From: a virus
Direction: 5' to 3' (one strand)
Virus record (IMG/VR): IMGVR_UViG_3300035180_000994
Location: 4,419 to 68,418 of that record
DNA length: 64,000 nt
The translations under genes were made by a program, and so were the position numbers. This document shows, one piece after another, positions 27,002-36,716 of this stretch (its first letter is position 1; every line of letters begins with the position of its first letter). The notes under the pieces are model-generated. The model searched no databases. It was not told the DNA's origin and saw nothing but the letters and a program-made list of their open reading frames with translations.

Positions 27002-29563
27002 TTAGACCCCTTCGCCAGTGCCTTCGGGGCCATCGACTTCCTCGGTCTCCTTGGGGGTGAGCTGGAGGGACTTCGAGACCTTGTCGGTGAGGTCGGTGGT
27101 CTTGAACAGCCGCTCGGCCACGCCCGCGTAGATCGCGTCGAGGACCTGATTGAACTTCGAGTCCTTCACAGTCAGGAGGTCTTCCTCCAGCTTGCGCTTG
27201 CAGGTCTCGGGGTCGAGGTTCAGGAACTCGTAGATGATGTCCACGGGCAGGCTGCCCTTGGCGTAGAGGTTGAAGAGCATGTCGTAGACATCGCCCTGGT
27301 CGCGGAGGGCCAGACGGCTGAAGCTCAGCTTGGGGTAGATCCAGCGGGGGTTGCCATAGTCGTCGATCTCGTAGAATCCCTTCCGCATAGCCATGGGCTT
27401 GAAGATCATGGTCTCCACCAGCTCGGACAGCACGTCGCGGAACTGGAGATAGGTCGTGTTCAGCAGCTCGATGCGGATGCGGTCGCCGGAGAAGAAGCCC
27501 TCGCCGGTGAGGATCTCCGGGGTGAAGCCCATGCCGACGGCCAGCTCGGCGTTCGTGTGGGCCCACTCAGAGTCCAGGGCCAACAGGCGCCCGTCGGTGC
27601 CGATCTCGTTCCAGGTCACGTCGTAGTTGACGACGATGGTGTAGTCGGGGTCGGCCTTGGCCTCGTCGATGTGGACGCGGAGGGCATCGAGTTCCTGGAT
27701 GGGTGCCTCGGGGGCGACCACCAAGGTCTTCGGGGTCATGTTGCGGGAGGCCAGTGTGTTCTGGACCTGCCGGAGCTTGTCGCGGTAGATGATCGTCCGG
27801 AGGCACCGCTGGAGCACGGAACGTCCGTGGTCCTCGAAGGGGGCCTTCTTCCGGGCGAAGTGCATGACGTAGGAGCCGATGTTCGGATCGTCGTTCAGGG
27901 GCACGAGGCCGTCCTGTTCGAGCATCTCCTTGTCCTTCTTGTCCACGTCGGGGTCTTCGAGGTAGGCAGCCTTCTGCTCTTCGCTGGGCTTGTAGCAGAT
28001 GGTGGGATCGGAGTTGAACCGCTTGTCACGCCGGATCTCAACCACGTCAGGGGGCAGGAGGACGATGCGGTCAGGGCCGAAGTAGTCCTGGTTCACCACG
28101 TGGGAGAACAGCTCCCACTCCTGCTTCTTCTCTTCCTTCAGGGCCCGCAGCTCTTCCAGCAGGTCCTTCTTGCGCTCCAGGAGCTTCAGGTAGCGCCTGA
28201 GGTTGACGATGTGCTCGGATTCGACCTGGGGGCCACCTTCGAGGCCCATGTCGTCCATGCCCCCGCCCATTCCGCCGCCACCCATCGGAGGCATACCGCC
28301 CCCGCCGCCCATGTCGCCGCCGAGATCACCCCCAAGGTCGCCGCTTTCGCCACCTTCAGCACCCAGGTCGCCGCCTTCGGGGGCTTCTGCATCGGGCCCA
28401 TCCCCACGCATCTCGTTGATGCGCTGGAGGGGGCCATCCATGAGAGGTTCAGGCGGGGCATCCGCCTCGGCAGCCGGGGCATCCGCCTCGGCAGCCGGGG
28501 CATCCCCGGGCGCCGCAGTCTTGGTCTGGGAGGCGTATTTGGCGCGGAAGGCCGCCTGCTCTTCAGAGACGGCTGCCGCGATCTTCTTCTGCTGCTCGAC
28601 GACGGCCATCACGAGGGACGGCAGGGCCTGATCCATCTCGATGCACCGGGCGATCTTGTTCACCAAGCCCAGCTCGTGGGCTTCCTTCAGGAGCTTGCTG
28701 GCCTTGCCCTTGCCGGTCCACTGATAGATCGACAGCTCGTCCACACCCGTCGCGGGGTTGGAGGCTTCAGGGCTGGGCCCGCGCATCCGCTCCTTGCGGT
28801 CCATCTGACGCTTGGCCACGGGGCACACGGGGAACTTCTCTAGGTCCTCCAGGTGCTCGACGAAGAAGTAAGCCTCGCCAATCAGCCAGTATTCACGGCC
28901 ACCGTGGAGGAGCTGCTCGAAGAGCTTCACGTCGTTGCACCATCCCTGATACCAGTCGTAGACGAAGTCGGCGAAGGACTCGACCGAGCAGGTGGGCTTC
29001 TCCAGAATGAGCTTGGACATCGGGAGTTCGGTATGCAAGTCGATGGCCCGGCCCACGATGGGGTCGCGGTCGTAAGCGATGCGGTAGTAGCGGATCTCCT
29101 CACGACGGCTCTGGGGCAGCTCCAGGGCGTCATTGGGGAACTCGAAGTTGTAGCTCTGCATGTTCTCGGAGTCGGCGATGTTGGCGTTGCCGATCCCGGA
29201 GTCCATGAAGATCCCGGCGGTCTTGTTGAAGGCTCCGGTGCGCCGGGCCATCTGTAGCTTGCGGTAGAAGGTGGGGTCGTCAGTGATCTTCCCGTCCTCA
29301 CCGATCTGGGTGAAGGACCCGACGGTGGCGTAGACGCGCTTCTCACTCGCGGAGCTGGCGCCGCGCACCTTGGGCTTCTGCAACCCCATGGCCTTCTCGC
29401 GGAACTCCTTGTCGGTGGCGGAGACCCGGTTCTTCCGGATGTTCGCCTTGCCCGCGACGCTGGCAGACTCTGCCCCGGACGACGCCCGGACGCGCTCAGC
29501 GGACCCGGAGGACTTCGGGGCCTTGGTGGTCGCAGGCTTCTTACGAGGTGTGGTCATGGGCAC
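27002..29563 (-). CDS. portal protein with large low-complexity insertion
   Basis: RDPIVGRAIDLHTELP...REYWLIGEAYFF...HFARKKAPFEDHGRSVLQRCL...portal-type pattern; late context. Confidence 0.78.
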   Translation of the reverse strand: MPMTTPRKKPATTKAPKSSGSAERVRASSGAESASVAGKANIRKNRVSATDKEFREKAMGLQKPKVRGASSASEKRVYATVGSFTQIGEDGKITDDPTFYRKLQMARRTGAFNKTAGIFMDSGIGNANIADSENMQSYNFEFPNDALELPQSRREEIRYYRIAYDRDPIVGRAIDLHTELPMSKLILEKPTCSVESFADFVYDWYQGWCNDVKLFEQLLHGGREYWLIGEAYFFVEHLEDLEKFPVCPVAKRQMDRKERMRGPSPEASNPATGVDELSIYQWTGKGKASKLLKEAHELGLVNKIARCIEMDQALPSLVMAVVEQQKKIAAAVSEEQAAFRAKYASQTKTAAPGDAPAAEADAPAAEADAPPEPLMDGPLQRINEMRGDGPDAEAPEGGDLGAEGGESGDLGGDLGGDMGGGGGMPPMGGGGMGGGMDDMGLEGGPQVESEHIVNLRRYLKLLERKKDLLEELRALKEEKKQEWELFSHVVNQDYFGPDRIVLLPPDVVEIRRDKRFNSDPTICYKPSEEQKAAYLEDPDVDKKDKEMLEQDGLVPLNDDPNIGSYVMHFARKKAPFEDHGRSVLQRCLRTIIYRDKLRQVQNTLASRNMTPKTLVVAPEAPIQELDALRVHIDEAKADPDYTIVVNYDVTWNEIGTDGRLLALDSEWAHTNAELAVGMGFTPEILTGEGFFSGDRIRIELLNTTYLQFRDVLSELVETMIFKPMAMRKGFYEIDDYGNPRWIYPKLSFSRLALRDQGDVYDMLFNLYAKGSLPVDIIYEFLNLDPETCKRKLEEDLLTVKDSKFNQVLDAIYAGVAERLFKTTDLTDKVSKSLQLTPKETEEVDGPEGTGEGV
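28454..28505 (-). repeat. 21-bp tandem repeat (2.5 copies, PAAEADA)
   Basis: CGGGGCATCCGCCTCGGCAGC x2 plus a partial copy, within the portal insert. Confidence 0.9.
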
Positions 29564-29567
29564 TCTT

Positions 29568-29588
29568 CCTGAAAAGCATCACGAAGTC
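29568..29588 (-). promoter_or_regulatory. class L promoter motif (variant)
   Basis: GACTTC-N9-TTCAGG upstream of portal. Confidence 0.5.
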
Positions 29589-30133
29589 ATGGTATCGGGC
29601 TTGGGTGCCACTGGTTCCACCTTCCGCACCTTGTCGTTCCTCTTCCGTTGGGCCGCCGTGGAGAGTTGGAGGTCTGAAACGGGATCCACGGCCTGTTCCA
29701 ACTCCGCCAGGACGAAGGCCGCCTCGCGGTAACGCATCTGAAGGTTCGCACGTAGCTTCTGGGTATGGGCGAGGTCTCGCTGGCTCTCGGCGATCAGCCG
29801 CTTGACCCCGTAGGTGGGGCCGGTGGCGACCTTGAGCTGGCGCTCGATCTTCTCAATGTCCACCAGGGCTTTCCGCAGGGCCCCGGCCTTGGCCGTGGAG
29901 AGCACGCGGATGCGCTTGGAGAAGTGGCTGATGACGTGGAAGAGGATCTTGATCTCGTTCTGGACGGCCTCATCGACCTCACCCTGGCAGTCGGCCAGGA
30001 GCTTCACGAGGCCCCCCAGGGACTGGAAGATCGTCCGAAGAGACCCCGCCTGATCAGCACGATGTGCCACTACCTTGGCGTGCGCCCTCTTGATCTTCTG
30101 GGCTTTGCCGTCCGGGATATTAGCTCGGGACAT
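29579..30133 (-). CDS. basic coiled-coil hypothetical protein
   Basis: 184 aa; overlaps the polymerase stop. Confidence 0.65.
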   Translation of the reverse strand: MSRANIPDGKAQKIKRAHAKVVAHRADQAGSLRTIFQSLGGLVKLLADCQGEVDEAVQNEIKILFHVISHFSKRIRVLSTAKAGALRKALVDIEKIERQLKVATGPTYGVKRLIAESQRDLAHTQKLRANLQMRYREAAFVLAELEQAVDPVSDLQLSTAAQRKRNDKVRKVEPVAPKPDTMTS

Positions 30134-33100
30134 CGACGGGGCTCTCCTCCATCACCAGGAACTCGTGAGGGATCTCCGTAGATCCTACCTTATCAATGCG
30201 GATCAGCTCACCCGTAAAGAGATAGACCTGGATGGTGCGGCCCCCGGCGCCCAGGGCGGGGCGGATGGCTTGGATCTCAGCCATAGACAAGTCCCGGAGC
30301 TGCGGGATGCCGTCGATCAGCTTGGGCACGCGGTTGACCTCCACCTTCGGGGCGGGGAAGTCATCGGCGGGCGTCTCGCTCGCATCGGCCTCTTGTTGCA
30401 CTTCAGGGGCTTCTTGTTTCACAAAAGGGCCCTTTTGTTCACTAGGGGGGGCCTCTTGTTTCACGATCTGCACTTCGGGGATCTCGTGGTGGATCACCGG
30501 ACGCTGGACCGGCTCACCCTCGGCGAGGCCCATCCGGCGCTGGTAGTTCACCAGGGTCTCCTCATTGGGGTCGAACTCCTCCTGCTCTTCGATGGTCCAG
30601 TATTCGTGGAGCTGGAGGATGGCGACCAGGGCCTGGACGGCTTCCTTGGTGTCCATGTCTTTCAGCTTCGGGATGTTCACGTGCACGCGGGGGTGGGTGG
30701 TGGCCTTGAGGTAGGCGTAGACCTCCTCCTTGGCCTCCAGGTCGTTCGAGCGCAGGGCCATGACCAGGGCACGGACGGTCTCGGGGTCGAACACCGGGGG
30801 GATATACTTCTCCAGGCCGGGGATCTTGGTGTAGCCCGCAGGGTTGTGGCCGTCGTCACCGGTGAGGTGCTCCTTCACGTCCCAGCTCTTGCCGTACTCA
30901 CAGTCGGTCTCGATGGGCACAGGCCACTTCATGGCCGCGTGCATCTCACGGAGCTTCATCAGCCGGACGAGCCGGGGGAGGACGAAGGGGACGTATTCGT
31001 TCTTGACCGAGAAGTCCACCTCATCGTGGACGGTCGCGTGGCAGAGCAGGATGTCCCCCAGGCCGACACGGATGGCCCAGCGGTGGATGAAGCCCAGGGC
31101 GGCCCGCATGAAGTCACCGGCGAGGCCCTGGAGTGGGGCGTTGACGGAGACGCGCTGGATCTTCCCGATGAACTTCTTGTAGTCGCCGACGTTGGCCACG
31201 CCGGTGCTCTTGTCCATGTACATGGCCTGGGCTTGTGTCAGTAGCTTGTCGGCTTCCTCTTTACGTTTGGCCTTCATGAGGTCTTCGGCCTTGCGCTTGA
31301 GCTTCCAGAAGTCCTGGTAGGCCGCGTAGTGGTGGGCCTCGGGCTTGTATAGCTTCTGGGACCGCATGGCGGAGTTGAAGTCGATGATGCGCCCGGACTT
31401 CGTCTTGCAGAGCATCTTCTCCCGGGCGATTCCCTGCATCATCTGGGCCCACTCAGCGAACTTGGGCACGCCCTCCCAGTAGCGGCGCACCATCTCGGCG
31501 GCCTTCTCCTTGGTGATCGTGGGGTCCGTGGCCTTCATGTTCTCGTAGATCGTGTGCTCAGTCCCTCCGTAGAGCAGGGCGAAGTTGATGATCTTGGCCA
31601 ACGACCGCAGCTCTTTCTTGCGTGCCTTGGGGGTGTTCGGGTCGGAGAACTCCGGGAACACGTTCTTGGCCGTCAGGGTGTGGAAGTCCCCGGTGCCGTA
31701 GAGGAACTCGTCGATGAACTTGGGCTCACCGGAGATGTTGGCGGCGACGCGCATCTCGATGTTCGAGTAATCCACCGTGAAGTAGGTGTAACCCTCGGGG
31801 GCGATGAACATCGAGCGGAGGTTGACGACCTCGTTCGCGTCTACCTTCGTGACCTTGTCGAGGGGGATGACCGTGCCGTCTTCGAGCAGGCAGGGCTTGT
31901 CCTTGGCGAGGGACCACCACTCGCCGCAGTAGCGGGCGATGTGCTGCTTGACCACGCGCTTGACGGCCAGACCCTTCAGCTCCCGGGTCTCCTTGTCCTT
32001 CTCGCGGCAGGCAGGGTCCAGGTCGTCCAGTTCCAGGGCGGTGACGGTGTAGGGGTCAAAGGTCTCCCCGAGGTCAGGGAGGTCCTCCAGGCGCAGGCGC
32101 CGGGCGTTGATCCACAGGTTGCCACCCACGGACACGATGGCCTGGGGGTTGAGCCCGAAGCCGCCGTCCTTGAAGAACGTGCCGCCTTCGGCAGCCAGAC
32201 GGCCACCGGCCACGGTGCACTGCTTGAACAGGAGCTTGGCCGTGTGGTCGCGGGGGTCGTAGCGGAGGTGGTCCGGGTGCAGGGCGGAGTATTCGCGGAA
32301 CTTCACCAAGGTAGTGAGGAACGGGTGGTTCTTGTCCCGCTTCAGCAGCTCCTCGATCACGTCGGCATCCGCTGAGGGGGCGCCGGTCTTCCCCGACCGC
32401 TTGACGACCGGGAGCTTGAGCTGCTCGAAGAGGACCCGGGCAAGCTGCTCGTTCGAGCCGGGGTTGAAGTCGGGGTTGCCCACGATCTCGCACAGCTCGG
32501 CCTTGTATTGGTCCAGCTTCTCCCGGTGCCATGCCACGGTCTTGGTCAGGGCCTTCACGTCGATGAGGGGGCGCTGGCGCTCCACCCAGCCCAGGGCGTC
32601 GGCCAGCTCATGGTCGATCTTGTGCACGTAGCGCATCTTGATCGCCTGCTCGTGCATCTTCTCGCAGAGGAGCCACGTGGTGATGCCGTCAGCGCCAGCG
32701 TAGAGGACGGCCAGCTCCGTGGGGATCCAGTTGAACGGAGCGAGGACCATGCGGTAGCCGGTCTTCCCCGTCTTGGGGTTGACGGCGCGGATCTTCACTT
32801 TGGCGATCTCATCCAGCTCGATCTGGTCGATGCCCAGCTCACGCTCAGATAGGGCCTTCAGCCCGGCGGACTCGAAGGAGCCGGTGTCCTCGTCCACCTC
32901 GGACTTTGGGTCGAGGAGGAAGTGGTCGATCTGGGCGTCCTCCCAGTAGGGGTAGGGCCGGAACGTGTATCCGCCGAACTGGGCGAACATCATGATCTCG
33001 CGGTCATACTTCCCGTTGAAGAAGCGGAGGAGGCACTTGTCGAAGAAGGGCTGGAGGATCGACCGGACCACGTCGGGGTCGAGGTTCTTGCCGTCCTCAT

Positions 33101-33986
33101 GGCTCAGGGGGACGTAGAGGCCCTCGATGCCATCGGCGGACAGGCAGATGCCTGCTATGGCCGCCTGGGGCTCACCGTTGACCATGCGGGTGTCGAGGCC
33201 CGAGGCCCCGCCGTTGGCCGCGTAGTTCTCGGTGTCCACTGCGACCGCAGGCATCCACTCGTCGGTGCGGGGGACCTGCCGGTAGAGGGACTTGTCCGCT
33301 AGGGTCCGGGCCACCCAGGACTCCAGCTCGGCGGGGGACTGCACGAGGCGCAGGGCCTTCGATGCCATCCAGGGCCGGATCAGGGTGCCTCGGTCGAGCT
33401 TCTCCAGCTTCTCCTCGAAGGCTTCCCGCAGGGTCTTCGGGCTGGGCTTCTCCTTCTTGGGCTTAGGCTCCTTCTTGGGCTTCAGGGCCTTGGCGCCCTC
33501 AGCGTCGTCAGGCAGCGCCACCCGCTTGGCGCGGACGGTCTTCACGGACAGGGCGGGCTGGGCCTCCAGGGGGGTGTGGGGCACCCAGCCCGGCCATCCC
33601 TCAGGCTCGTCGGCCTCAGAGAGCATCCCGCAGGAGATCCAGGTGATGTAGGGGTCCTCGACCTCGTCGTAGTTGTCATCGGCGACCGTGGCCCTCCACA
33701 ACACCTCCAGGATCTGCAAGGGGGTGGGGAAGGGTACGGAACAGTCGGTCTTCAACTGCTGGTAGAAGTCCTCCAGGACCTCCAGGCAAGACGGGTATTC
33801 GTTGAGGTTGTCGGTGTTGAACTCCCCGGCACGCAGCACGGCCAGGAAGGACTCAGCCTTCTCCGCTTCGAGGTCAGCCATCCGCTCGGCGAACGCCTTG
33901 ATCAACGCCACCTTGGAGGTGGGCTTGGCCTTCTTCTTCGGGAATAGGACGGACTCGGGTTCGGGCAGGGTATCGGTCATGCTCAT
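30120..33986 (-). CDS. polA: family A DNA polymerase with 3'-5' exonuclease
   Basis: ExoI VDTE, ExoII FNGKYD, ExoIII YAGAD; motif A DYSNIEMR, motif B RSLAKIINFALLYG, motif C VHDE. Confidence 0.95.
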   Translation of the reverse strand: MSMTDTLPEPESVLFPKKKAKPTSKVALIKAFAERMADLEAEKAESFLAVLRAGEFNTDNLNEYPSCLEVLEDFYQQLKTDCSVPFPTPLQILEVLWRATVADDNYDEVEDPYITWISCGMLSEADEPEGWPGWVPHTPLEAQPALSVKTVRAKRVALPDDAEGAKALKPKKEPKPKKEKPSPKTLREAFEEKLEKLDRGTLIRPWMASKALRLVQSPAELESWVARTLADKSLYRQVPRTDEWMPAVAVDTENYAANGGASGLDTRMVNGEPQAAIAGICLSADGIEGLYVPLSHEDGKNLDPDVVRSILQPFFDKCLLRFFNGKYDREIMMFAQFGGYTFRPYPYWEDAQIDHFLLDPKSEVDEDTGSFESAGLKALSERELGIDQIELDEIAKVKIRAVNPKTGKTGYRMVLAPFNWIPTELAVLYAGADGITTWLLCEKMHEQAIKMRYVHKIDHELADALGWVERQRPLIDVKALTKTVAWHREKLDQYKAELCEIVGNPDFNPGSNEQLARVLFEQLKLPVVKRSGKTGAPSADADVIEELLKRDKNHPFLTTLVKFREYSALHPDHLRYDPRDHTAKLLFKQCTVAGGRLAAEGGTFFKDGGFGLNPQAIVSVGGNLWINARRLRLEDLPDLGETFDPYTVTALELDDLDPACREKDKETRELKGLAVKRVVKQHIARYCGEWWSLAKDKPCLLEDGTVIPLDKVTKVDANEVVNLRSMFIAPEGYTYFTVDYSNIEMRVAANISGEPKFIDEFLYGTGDFHTLTAKNVFPEFSDPNTPKARKKELRSLAKIINFALLYGGTEHTIYENMKATDPTITKEKAAEMVRRYWEGVPKFAEWAQMMQGIAREKMLCKTKSGRIIDFNSAMRSQKLYKPEAHHYAAYQDFWKLKRKAEDLMKAKRKEEADKLLTQAQAMYMDKSTGVANVGDYKKFIGKIQRVSVNAPLQGLAGDFMRAALGFIHRWAIRVGLGDILLCHATVHDEVDFSVKNEYVPFVLPRLVRLMKLREMHAAMKWPVPIETDCEYGKSWDVKEHLTGDDGHNPAGYTKIPGLEKYIPPVFDPETVRALVMALRSNDLEAKEEVYAYLKATTHPRVHVNIPKLKDMDTKEAVQALVAILQLHEYWTIEEQEEFDPNEETLVNYQRRMGLAEGEPVQRPVIHHEIPEVQIVKQEAPPSEQKGPFVKQEAPEVQQEADASETPADDFPAPKVEVNRVPKLIDGIPQLRDLSMAEIQAIRPALGAGGRTIQVYLFTGELIRIDKVGSTEIPHEFLVMEESPVDVPS

Positions 33987-34000
33987 TGGTGCTCCACAGG

Positions 34001-34010
34001 GATGATACCG
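34001..34010 (-). promoter_or_regulatory. class M promoter motif (CGGTATCATC)
   Basis: Between terminator and polymerase RBS. Confidence 0.65.
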
Positions 34011-34020
34011 GCCACTAGAG

Positions 34021-34050
34021 ACAAACAGGCGGACCCGAGGATCCGCCTGT
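34021..34050 (-). terminator. intrinsic terminator
   Basis: ACAGGCGGA...TCCGCCTGT stem then TTGT. Confidence 0.7.
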
Positions 34051-34071
34051 AGCTACTATGTAGCGCACCGA

Positions 34072-34485
34072 TCAGCCGAAGAAGTAGTGGGCTTCCCGGA
34101 AGGCTGCCTCAGGGCTGTCAGAACCGTGCACGACGTTGGCCGGGCGGTTCTCGGGGTCGTTGGAGCCCCACTTCGTGCGGATGTCAGGCATGGCGGTGTT
34201 CCGCCACCAGTTCAGGGCGTCGGGGCCTTCGATGACCGCGACGGTGACGGCCCCGCTCATGTTGTGGGCCGCGTTCTTCTCGTAGTAGGGCCGCCCGAGG
34301 TGGGAGTAGTAGAGGGCGCGGACCTGGGTATCAGTGAGGAGCACGGGGTGGGCGTGCACCTGGAACCCGGCGGACCGGATCATCTCCAGGATGTCATGGG
34401 TGTGGTGGCAGCCGTCGGGCTTGACCATGGCGAAGGTGAAGTCCCCGGGCTTCAGGCCCAGGAGGTAGTCGATGAAAGATCCCAT
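34072..34485 (-). CDS. ndk: nucleoside diphosphate kinase
   Basis: TFAMVKPDG...IRTKWG...NVVHGSDS. Confidence 0.93.
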   Translation of the reverse strand: MGSFIDYLLGLKPGDFTFAMVKPDGCHHTHDILEMIRSAGFQVHAHPVLLTDTQVRALYYSHLGRPYYEKNAAHNMSGAVTVAVIEGPDALNWWRNTAMPDIRTKWGSNDPENRPANVVHGSDSPEAAFREAHYFFG

Positions 34486-35330
34486 CAGTTGGCTCCAGAA
34501 GAAGGTTGTAGGTAGAAGGGTTGGGGGGTTTGCTGCTGCCAGTCAACCCCATAGTGCTCTATCCATTCAGCGCGGGCGGTTGTCTCAGCGGGGGGCATGG
34601 ACGTGTAGGGTTTGAGGTAACGAACGCGGCGCACACCGGCGATCAGTAACTCTTTGGTGCAACCTAAACAAGGTTCGTGAGTTACGAACGCGGTGTATGG
34701 GGCAGCGTTTCGGGAAGATAGAGCGTTCTGCTCAGCATGGAGGGTTCGGACACACCGGCAGTTCTCGTTGCAGTGGTTCTCGTTGCAGTGGGGCATCCCC
34801 GGCCCGGCGCCGTTGTAACCCATACCTGCCACGCGGCCCTCCTTGGTGAGGAGGACACACCCGACCTTCAGGCGGCAGCAGGTGCCAAGCCCGGCGATCT
34901 GGAGAGCGATCTGGCCGTAGGTGAAGTCCTTCAGGTCCTGGCGTCGGGGATCCTTCCCCTGGACAGCCAAGGCCATGTAGTCGCGGCTGGGGATGTCATC
35001 GGGGGCGGGCTCAATGAACGAGACCTGGACCGGGGGCTTGGGCCCCACGGTGCCCCGGGGCAGCAGCCCTTGGAGCTTGGCCCTCCAGGCTTCCGTGTAA
35101 GGCTCCAGGCCCTCCAAGGCTGGGATCTCTCCACCATGGAAGCCTCCGCCCGCCACGGGGCGCATGGGGGCCGGTGAACAGGTGCCAGTGGTCTTCGGGG
35201 GGACTGCCGGGGGCGCTCCTGGCTTGGGGGCCGGGCCGGAGTAGCCCCCGAGCTTCGTTGGACCACCCAGGCTGTCGGGCTGCTTGGCCTCTTCAGGCTT
35301 GTCGGCCTTCTTCCAAAACTTCCAGGTCAT
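34485..35330 (-). CDS. dCMP deaminase with Pro/Gly-rich N-terminal extension
   Basis: TCCRLKVGCVL, GYNG, HAEQNA, EPCLGC. Confidence 0.9.
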   Translation of the reverse strand: MTWKFWKKADKPEEAKQPDSLGGPTKLGGYSGPAPKPGAPPAVPPKTTGTCSPAPMRPVAGGGFHGGEIPALEGLEPYTEAWRAKLQGLLPRGTVGPKPPVQVSFIEPAPDDIPSRDYMALAVQGKDPRRQDLKDFTYGQIALQIAGLGTCCRLKVGCVLLTKEGRVAGMGYNGAGPGMPHCNENHCNENCRCVRTLHAEQNALSSRNAAPYTAFVTHEPCLGCTKELLIAGVRRVRYLKPYTSMPPAETTARAEWIEHYGVDWQQQTPQPFYLQPSSGAN

Positions 35331-35345
35331 CGGGGACCTCCTGAT

Positions 35346-35534
35346 TCAGTGCCGCCACTGAGCCATGTAGGCTTTTCGCCGGGCCAGGGACTCTTTGAGG
35401 GTTGTCGTCTTGGGCTTGGGGGCGGGGGCGGCGCAGTGGGGGCAGTTCGTCTCGTCGAGCTTCCGCCCGCCGCCGCAGTGATCGCAGTGGCCAGTTGTAA
35501 TCTTGGGCTTGCCGGGGGCGTCAGTGATGACCAT
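35346..35534 (-). CDS. small zinc-ribbon protein
   Basis: CDHCGG...CPHC; ATG at 35534. Confidence 0.55.
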   Translation of the reverse strand: MVITDAPGKPKITTGHCDHCGGGRKLDETNCPHCAAPAPKPKTTTLKESLARRKAYMAQWRH

Positions 35535-35669
35535 GGCCGCCTTTCCGAGAGAGCAGACCTCTGCCCTCTGGTGTCTCCAGGAGCACACTCAGCGTCGAAC
35601 GAGTAGGGGCCACACCTAACGTGAGGTCAAGGACCATGGGACGAGGTGGGAGAGGAGAGGGGACGGACA

Positions 35670-36137
35670 TCAGCGCGGGACCTGTCGGGCGTTGATCACG
35701 TCGGACATCATCTCGTCGGCGCCGAGGACCACGTGCTCACAGCCCTCCTGGTCTTCCAGCTCGGTGATGAAGCCCGCCCAGTTGCTGCCGATCATGGTCA
35801 CGAAGTCCTCGGAGCTGCCCCGGCGCCGATAACGTTCGAGGTATTCCGCCCGGAGATCCATCTCAGGGTAGACGAGGGTGAAGGGGATCCCGGCGGCGAC
35901 CAAGGCATCGCGGACGGCCTTGTGGCTGGAGACGAAGATGATGTCCACCTGCCCGATCTTGTCCTTGACGTGTTGGATGTAGTTTCCAGGGAAGTCCGGG
36001 GAGCGCACACCAGGGCTCGCCCAGGAGAACAGGGAGCTGTCGCTGTCGAGCACCACCTGATCCGGGCCCTGGTTGGCGTAGACCCAGGTCTTGCCCGTGC
36101 CCGGGAAGGCGGAGACGACTAGCGTGTCCTTGCTCAT
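35670..36137 (-). CDS. small P-loop NTPase/kinase-like protein
   Basis: VVSAFPGTGKT, LDSDSS, YLERYRRRG. Confidence 0.8.
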   Translation of the reverse strand: MSKDTLVVSAFPGTGKTWVYANQGPDQVVLDSDSSLFSWASPGVRSPDFPGNYIQHVKDKIGQVDIIFVSSHKAVRDALVAAGIPFTLVYPEMDLRAEYLERYRRRGSSEDFVTMIGSNWAGFITELEDQEGCEHVVLGADEMMSDVINARQVPR

Positions 36138-36322
36138 TTTTCCCTCGTGAAGATCAAGTAGGTAATGATGATACCCCAGATCAGAAGGGTGGTCACATCG
36201 ACGATGAACATCGTGCGGGCCCAGGCGGGTTTGCTCGTTAGGGCGCCGGTGAAGCGCATCGTCGCGGGGATCAACCAGCCGGTCAGACCGTAGATGATCG
36301 GGATGAGGGTTGAACGCCTCAT
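36134..36322 (-). CDS. small two-TM membrane protein
   Basis: 62 aa, two hydrophobic stretches, coupled overlaps on both sides; contains an M motif at 36167-36176. Confidence 0.6.
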   Translation of the reverse strand: MRRSTLIPIIYGLTGWLIPATMRFTGALTSKPAWARTMFIVDVTTLLIWGIIITYLIFTREK

Positions 36323-36708
36323 ACAGGACCTGGGGTGACGATGATGTTCGTGCGGGGATCCGCCCAGAGACTGGCGTCCACCATGGCCTTCGTCGCCTGG
36401 AAGACCGCCGTGTTGAACTGCTCGGGGGCGAACTTGGGGGTGCAGGAGCAGAAGGCGCTCAGGCTGTTCCGGCCCGCGACGTTCAGGGAGAGCTTGCCAT
36501 CCTCGGTCGTCTCGCAGGTGACCACCACATCGGTGTAGCCAGCGGCGCTCAGGTTCTTGGTCACGAAGTCCAGGACATCCATGGGCGGCAGGGTGACCGG
36601 CGAGGGGATGAACGGGATGACCTCGGTCTGGACGGGCTCGGGAACAGGGGCGTCAGCACTGAGGGGTGCGACGGCCCTGGCGGCGCAGGTCTTCTTGGGG
36701 GTGGCCAT
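36319..36708 (-). CDS. hypothetical protein
   Basis: 129 aa, AGGAG RBS. Confidence 0.65.
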   Translation of the reverse strand: MATPKKTCAARAVAPLSADAPVPEPVQTEVIPFIPSPVTLPPMDVLDFVTKNLSAAGYTDVVVTCETTEDGKLSLNVAGRNSLSAFCSCTPKFAPEQFNTAVFQATKAMVDASLWADPRTNIIVTPGPV

Positions 36709-36716
36709 GGAGGCTC

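Noticed and set aside
26231-28843. Long plus-strand ORFs (870 aa here; also 43851-46448, 18393-20192, 41124-42779, 59896-61386 and others)
   Set aside because: Antisense shadows of high-GC3 minus-strand genes; biased G/L/V/H/D composition, no motifs or RBS.
31820-32140. Insert in PolA considered as an intein or intron
   Set aside because: Frame is open, with no Cys/Ser start, His-Asn end or endonuclease motifs.
35521-35670. Possible 49-aa ORF or ncRNA in this gap
   Set aside because: An ORF overlaps the upstream stop but has atypical codons; no tRNA cloverleaf or known RNA fold recognised.
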